A DNA stretch of 36,188 nt from a virus (lineage: Duplodnaviria; Caudoviricetes): the IMG/VR virus record IMGVR_UViG_3300037309_000022, positions 1 through 36,188 of that record. The stretch is one strand, 5' to 3'. Shown here piece after piece: positions 32,682-36,188 of this stretch (positions are counted from its first letter, which is position 1; the number at the start of each line of letters is the position of its first letter). The notes under the pieces are model-generated. The model did not search any database. It saw only the letters and a program-made list of their open reading frames with translations, and had not been told where the DNA came from. A program made the position numbers and the translations under genes.

Positions 32682-33215
32682 TCAACCGGAAAAGGTCGGA
32701 AACCTTTCGCGCTTAGCCGATAACTCAGTTTTTGGGTTTCCGGCCAAACTACGCGGCAAAACCTGGGCAATTGCACGCAAGTCATTGACGCTTCTACCCT
32801 TCCCCACGCTTTCGGGAGGCAGGGGCCGGGGCTGGCTATAGCGCCCGCGGGCTCGTCCTTTTTTCACCTTATCCGCGGCATTGATCTTGGGCGTTCCGAG
32901 AAACAAATGTTTCGGGTTGCAGCAAGGCGGGTTGTCGCATGTATGGCAGACATGAGCGCCGGCCGCGGAGAGCCCATTGCCAAGCTCAAAGGCCATGCGA
33001 TGCGCGCCGGTTCTTGATCGTCCAATGCCGGTCCTGACTTCTCCATATCCGTTCGGGTATCGGCCCCGCAGCCAAGGCCAGCAGGCGTCCGGTCCACCAG
33101 ACTGGTCGACCGCGTCCCAGAACTTCGAAGCGCTCCACAGCCCGCGGCGTTTTGGTTGGACACTTTGTCCGATTACGCTTGATAAACGCTGGTCATAGTT
33201 GGACAGATTTTCCAT
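32682..33215 (-). CDS. HNH endonuclease (HNH_3 homing type)
   Basis: CWPW, GYG, AHRMAFEL, VCHTCDNPPCCNPKHLFLGT...N..D. Confidence 0.88.
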   Translation of the reverse strand: MENLSNYDQRLSSVIGQSVQPKRRGLWSASKFWDAVDQSGGPDACWPWLRGRYPNGYGEVRTGIGRSRTGAHRMAFELGNGLSAAGAHVCHTCDNPPCCNPKHLFLGTPKINAADKVKKGRARGRYSQPRPLPPESVGKGRSVNDLRAIAQVLPRSLAGNPKTELSAKRERFPTFSG

Positions 33216-33338
33216 AGTAACCCGTTGATTTTGTTAGGTTCACGCGCAACCCTAGGGCGCGCCAGCCACTTCAAACACCATTGATTTTGTTAGACTTTTC
33301 GCCCGATTTGTCCAACCCAAATGAAGGTTGGACACTTT
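33154..33338. mobile_element. attP region: core CCCTAGGGCGCGCCA (33250-33264) with arm-type and IHF-like sites
   Basis: GGTTGGACACTTT at 33154 and 33326, GTTGGACA at 33198, inverted TGTCCAACC at 33309; TTGATTTTGTTAG at 33225 and 33281; core ends in CCA like a tRNA 3' end; adjacent to the int stop. Confidence 0.75.
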
Positions 33339-34371
33339 CGCGTTGCGCAGACGTTCCGAAGGCGAGCCCGATCCCGTCCGCCGCGGCCTTCCCGCGCTCG
33401 AACGCCGCGACATATTTTTGAGACTCCGAAAGCGTCAGGTGGCCAAGGATCGCCATGATCTGCGCCGCGGAGCATCCAGCCTCCGCCAAGGTGCGTCCTG
33501 ACGCCTTCCTGAGCCCATGCGCCCGGCACCTGTCAGGCAGTCCAGCGGCGCGGCATACCGCGGAGAACCAGCCGCCGAACCCGTTTGCGGTCATGGGCGC
33601 GCCATAGGCCGTGACCAGAAACGTCAGGTGTCCGGTTTGGTAAGCCGCCAGGGCCTCGACCAACCGCGGCGCAAGGGGAACCTCGACCGGAATGCCGGTC
33701 TTGCTCTGGGTGTATCTCAGAACCCCGTCTGAGACGTGCTGGCGGCCCAATAGAACCACGTCAGAGCGCCGGGCCCCTACGCATAGCAAAAGCTCAAAGG
33801 CGGTCCTGGCGCGCGTCCCAAGCGGATAGTGGGCCATAAACTGCCGCTCCTCCTCCGCGGTCCAGCTATGGTGCGGCTTGCGGCGGTATTTGGGGCGCAT
33901 GACATCGCGGGCCGGGTTGCCTTGGATCAATCCATGCAGCCGGGCGGCTCTAAGCACGCCGCGGATACGCTTCAACAGGTGGTCCGCGGCTCCTGGCGTC
34001 TTGGCGGCTATCCCGTCAATAAGGCGCTGGATCTGACTTTCGCCCAAGTCGGCAATGAGCAAGTCTCCGAATTTCTCTGCAAACCGCTCAAGCACGCGGC
34101 GGTAGTTCATGCGCGTTCGCTCGCGCAGTTGGGCATATTCCGCGGTCCCGTAATAGAGCGTGACGGCGTGGCGGACGGAACCGGCGCGGGCTGACCGCGG
34201 AACCAATGCGCGCTCTGGCTTAATCCCGTTCAGCGCGTCGGCATATGCCGCGGCGAACTTGGGAGAGGCTGGGTCGGGCATGGGGATTTTTTTTTCCTTG
34301 CCGCGGCGAAAATACCAGCGCGGCTTTCCATGCCGATCGATCTCATGCGTGACGTGTTTGATCCGGGCCAT
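33271..34371 (-). CDS. int: Tyrosine integrase
   Basis: DRHGKPRWYFRR arm-binding N-terminus; GARRSD, HGLRK, LGH and Y catalytic residues; start ATG 34371. Confidence 0.95.
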   Translation of the reverse strand: MARIKHVTHEIDRHGKPRWYFRRGKEKKIPMPDPASPKFAAAYADALNGIKPERALVPRSARAGSVRHAVTLYYGTAEYAQLRERTRMNYRRVLERFAEKFGDLLIADLGESQIQRLIDGIAAKTPGAADHLLKRIRGVLRAARLHGLIQGNPARDVMRPKYRRKPHHSWTAEEERQFMAHYPLGTRARTAFELLLCVGARRSDVVLLGRQHVSDGVLRYTQSKTGIPVEVPLAPRLVEALAAYQTGHLTFLVTAYGAPMTANGFGGWFSAVCRAAGLPDRCRAHGLRKASGRTLAEAGCSAAQIMAILGHLTLSESQKYVAAFERGKAAADGIGLAFGTSAQRESVQPSFGLDKSGEKSNKINGV

Positions 34372-34579
34372 AATCATTCGCCAAGATGGCGTCCCATGGG
34401 TTCGCAGAGTCAAGCTTGGTCTGGCCCACGTACCTGGCAAGCTCGTTTTCAGTGACGCGGACAAGCGATCTGACCGGCGTCGTTTTCAGGCGCCCGTCTG
34501 CCACTTCGCGCCGGACGGTTTGAAGCGAGACGCCCAGCCTCTCCGCCACTTCAGCCAGCGTCAGCAGGCGCGGGGTCAT
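34343..34579 (-). CDS. xis: Excisionase (HTH_17 / MerR-like)
   Basis: LLTLAEVAERLGVSLQTVRREVADGRL directly upstream of int. Confidence 0.85.
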   Translation of the reverse strand: MTPRLLTLAEVAERLGVSLQTVRREVADGRLKTTPVRSLVRVTENELARYVGQTKLDSANPWDAILANDYGPDQTRHA

Positions 34580-34923
34580 GGGCGCGAGTCTTTCGGTGGC
34601 GTTAGACGCGGCTCAATCCCCGCAAGAATGGCGGCGCGGGTGTTTTCGTCGTCGATGTTGCCCGCAAAGGCGCGGAGAATGTCGCGGGCGGATTCAGTGC
34701 ACAAAGTGTCTATTGCTCCCTCCAATTTTGCGCGCACATCTCCGTCGCAGTGCTTTGGTTTTGGCAGCTTCAAAATACGCTGAAGCCACTCCGCGTCACT
34801 CATGCATCCAGTCCACCACTCTCCGTTCTGCACGATCCCGGAATGGTACGCGGACCACACCACGTCCGAAACATACTCCCGCAGCACACTAACCCGCGCC
34901 GCCGCCTCTAATGCCTTGCTCAT
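34576..34923 (-). CDS. Hypothetical early protein (MSKALEAAAR...)
   Basis: ATGA-coupled chain; AAGGA RBS. Confidence 0.7.
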   Translation of the reverse strand: MSKALEAAARVSVLREYVSDVVWSAYHSGIVQNGEWWTGCMSDAEWLQRILKLPKPKHCDGDVRAKLEGAIDTLCTESARDILRAFAGNIDDENTRAAILAGIEPRLTPPKDSRP

Positions 34924-35120
34924 GTCAGATCCTTTTCAGCGGCCAAGTATGCGGCGATTGCCATCGCTAGCTTGATGTCCGGCGGCGTGTATCCAAGCTG
35001 GGACAAAACGCGATGCGCTATAAACACCGCCCGTTGCCGATCATCGCTCATCATCTTGTACGCCTCAGCGCGAGCGTGGTCTAAAACGGCTTCAAGGTCT
35101 TTTGGTATTGGGTTGCTCAT
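34920..35120 (-). CDS. Hypothetical early protein, 66 aa
   Basis: AAGGAG RBS supplied by the 39-bp repeat; ATGA coupling. Confidence 0.7.
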   Translation of the reverse strand: MSNPIPKDLEAVLDHARAEAYKMMSDDRQRAVFIAHRVLSQLGYTPPDIKLAMAIAAYLAAEKDLT

Positions 35121-35272
35121 AGCTTTGGCTCCTTGGGTTGGTGTTCGACAAGGGCGACGGGGACGACAACGCCTTTCGGATAAACGTCGCAGTGCAAGCG
35201 CGCTTCGCGTTCTGTCGCAAACAAATCATTTGCGTGCGCAGTTTCTTTCGCCGCCTCTAATGCCTTGGTCAT
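35117..35272 (-). CDS. Hypothetical early protein, 51 aa (MTKALEAAKE...VVPVALVEHQPKEPKL), not in ORF track
   Basis: AGGAG RBS; ATGA overlaps at both ends. Confidence 0.7.
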   Translation of the reverse strand: MTKALEAAKETAHANDLFATEREARLHCDVYPKGVVVPVALVEHQPKEPKL

Positions 35273-35513
35273 GCCACGTCTCCTGGGTGGTTGTATGGTG
35301 GATGCGGGATTGGCCGCGTATCAATCTCCGTGTACTGATCGCACGCGGGGTCGTCTCCGTTCTGTGAGTGGAAATGCCTGTCGCAAAATGACGGAACTTT
35401 GAACCCTTGCAGCCGGTATCCGCGCCGCCAAAATCTGCACGTCTCACACGTTGGTTTGCTCATATCGTTTCCATCTCCTTGGGTTGGTGTTCGACAAGGG
35501 CGACGGGGACGAC
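35129..35513 (-). repeat. 39-bp exact direct repeat at 35129-35167 and 35475-35513 encoding VVPVALVEHQPKE plus the AAGGAG RBS of the next gene
   Basis: ctccttgggttggtgttcgacaagggcgacggggacgac read at both positions. Confidence 0.92.
35269..35463 (-). CDS. Small Cys-rich early protein (CETC...C...C)
   Basis: ATG 35463 coupled to the upstream stop; four Cys suggest metal binding. Confidence 0.7.
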   Translation of the reverse strand: MSKPTCETCRFWRRGYRLQGFKVPSFCDRHFHSQNGDDPACDQYTEIDTRPIPHPPYNHPGDVA

Positions 35514-35666
35514 GTGATATTTGTCTGTGTTCTGCTGGCCGTTTAATCTGCCAGCACGAAACATTGCGTGGTCGCGAACTGTATAAATATCCGGCGTGCA
35601 GAACTCTTTCTCGCCTTTCACCGCCCATGCCCTCGGGGCGCTCTTGATCCGGTCGGCTGGGGTCAT
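35460..35666 (-). CDS. Hypothetical early protein, 68 aa
   Basis: ATGA-coupled chain. Confidence 0.7.
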   Translation of the reverse strand: MTPADRIKSAPRAWAVKGEKEFCTPDIYTVRDHAMFRAGRLNGQQNTDKYHVVPVALVEHQPKEMETI

Positions 35667-35869
35667 GGTTTCACCATTTTTGTTTCGCCTTTTTCAAGCA
35701 CAGCAATCATTTCTGTTGCGCCGATCTTGAAGCCGGTCTGAACCATCTGCGTCCACGCGGCCAAAGACTTTTCGTGCGTGTCTTTGTCACTTGGGAATGG
35801 GATAGTCAGAGAACTTTCGAAGCGGCCTGATTTCAGTTTTACGCTGAGTGTGAGAAGGTCTTCGGTCAT
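35663..35869 (-). CDS. Hypothetical early protein, 68 aa (MTEDLLTLSVK...)
   Basis: GAGG RBS; ATG 35869 overlaps the upstream TGA. Confidence 0.65.
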   Translation of the reverse strand: MTEDLLTLSVKLKSGRFESSLTIPFPSDKDTHEKSLAAWTQMVQTGFKIGATEMIAVLEKGETKMVKP

Positions 35870-36188
35870 GGCGTTTTCACCTCTGGCGGTTTGGGGAGGG
35901 GGCGGAAAAGCCTTGGATGCTGATGATACCCTTGCGGCCCACATGGGAACGTGTGCCCATCAAACGGCATACCATCTGGCATTTTGATGCCGTCCTTTTG
36001 ACTTCCGACCCAAACGTCTTTTCCGTCAGTCAAATGCACATCGACTCCAGTGTTTGGGTATTCTCTTACCGGCCTCCACATCGCCGCCTCCACCAACTCC
36101 GGCAGCGCCGCGAAGTCACGTGCAGCGTTGTGAACTGCGCGCATTTCGTCGTCAGTGGGCGTGCGGTTGAAAAAAAGCGTAAGAGCGC
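35866..36188 (-). CDS. Partial early protein with DUF551-like C-terminus (5' end outside window)
   Basis: WRPVREYP...PRLFRPLPKPP; frame stays open to the window end (ALTLFFNRTPTDDEMR). Confidence 0.65.
   Translation of the reverse strand, partial: ALTLFFNRTPTDDEMRAVHNAARDFAALPELVEAAMWRPVREYPNTGVDVHLTDGKDVWVGSQKDGIKMPDGMPFDGHTFPCGPQGYHQHPRLFRPLPKPPEVKTP

Larger units (their letters stand above)
34900..35273 (-). repeat. 25-bp repeat (1 mismatch) at 34900-34924 and 35249-35273 encoding gene starts M(S/T)KALEAA
   Basis: cgccgcctctaatgccttg(c/g)tcatg at both sites. Confidence 0.88.

Noticed and set aside
33241-33270. tRNA gene
   Set aside because: Only about 15 nt resemble a tRNA 3' end; there is no T-loop GTTCGA or cloverleaf upstream, so it is read as an att core.
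34372-34464. N-terminal extension of the integrase given in the ORF track
   Set aside because: It overlaps xis extensively; the integrase-like sequence begins at MARIKHV (34371).

Overview
The window is an almost complete, circularly permuted genome of a temperate, GC-rich, short-tailed (podovirus-type, BPP-1/T7-like virion module) phage. The host is most likely an alphaproteobacterium, inferred from GcrA-like and DnaA-domain-IV proteins, an RcGTA-like TerL and an attP core resembling a tRNA-Glu 3' end. Gene order: leftward early operon (both window ends), cI/cro switch with four TATGC-N5-GCATA operators, recombination/replication genes (RusA, Sak4-like ATPase, DUF669 SSB-like, Cas4-like nuclease, SF2 helicase, Prim-Pol/helicase), iteron origin, putative late regulator, TerS/TerL, portal, scaffold, capsid, tail adaptor and nozzle, three ejection proteins, SGNH-esterase tail spike, lysis cassette, HNH, intact attP, int/xis. 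The most unusual feature is the tail-nozzle gene. It is cut in two at a conserved motif by an insert carrying a complete 132-aa structural gene and a new ~25-aa N-terminal peptide for the second half. Also notable: early genes built from shared start/end sequence modules, a CTG-initiated gene, a repeated RNA internal-loop motif in the capsid leader, and a candidate sRNA beside attP. Family assignments come from motif recognition by eye, not from database searches.
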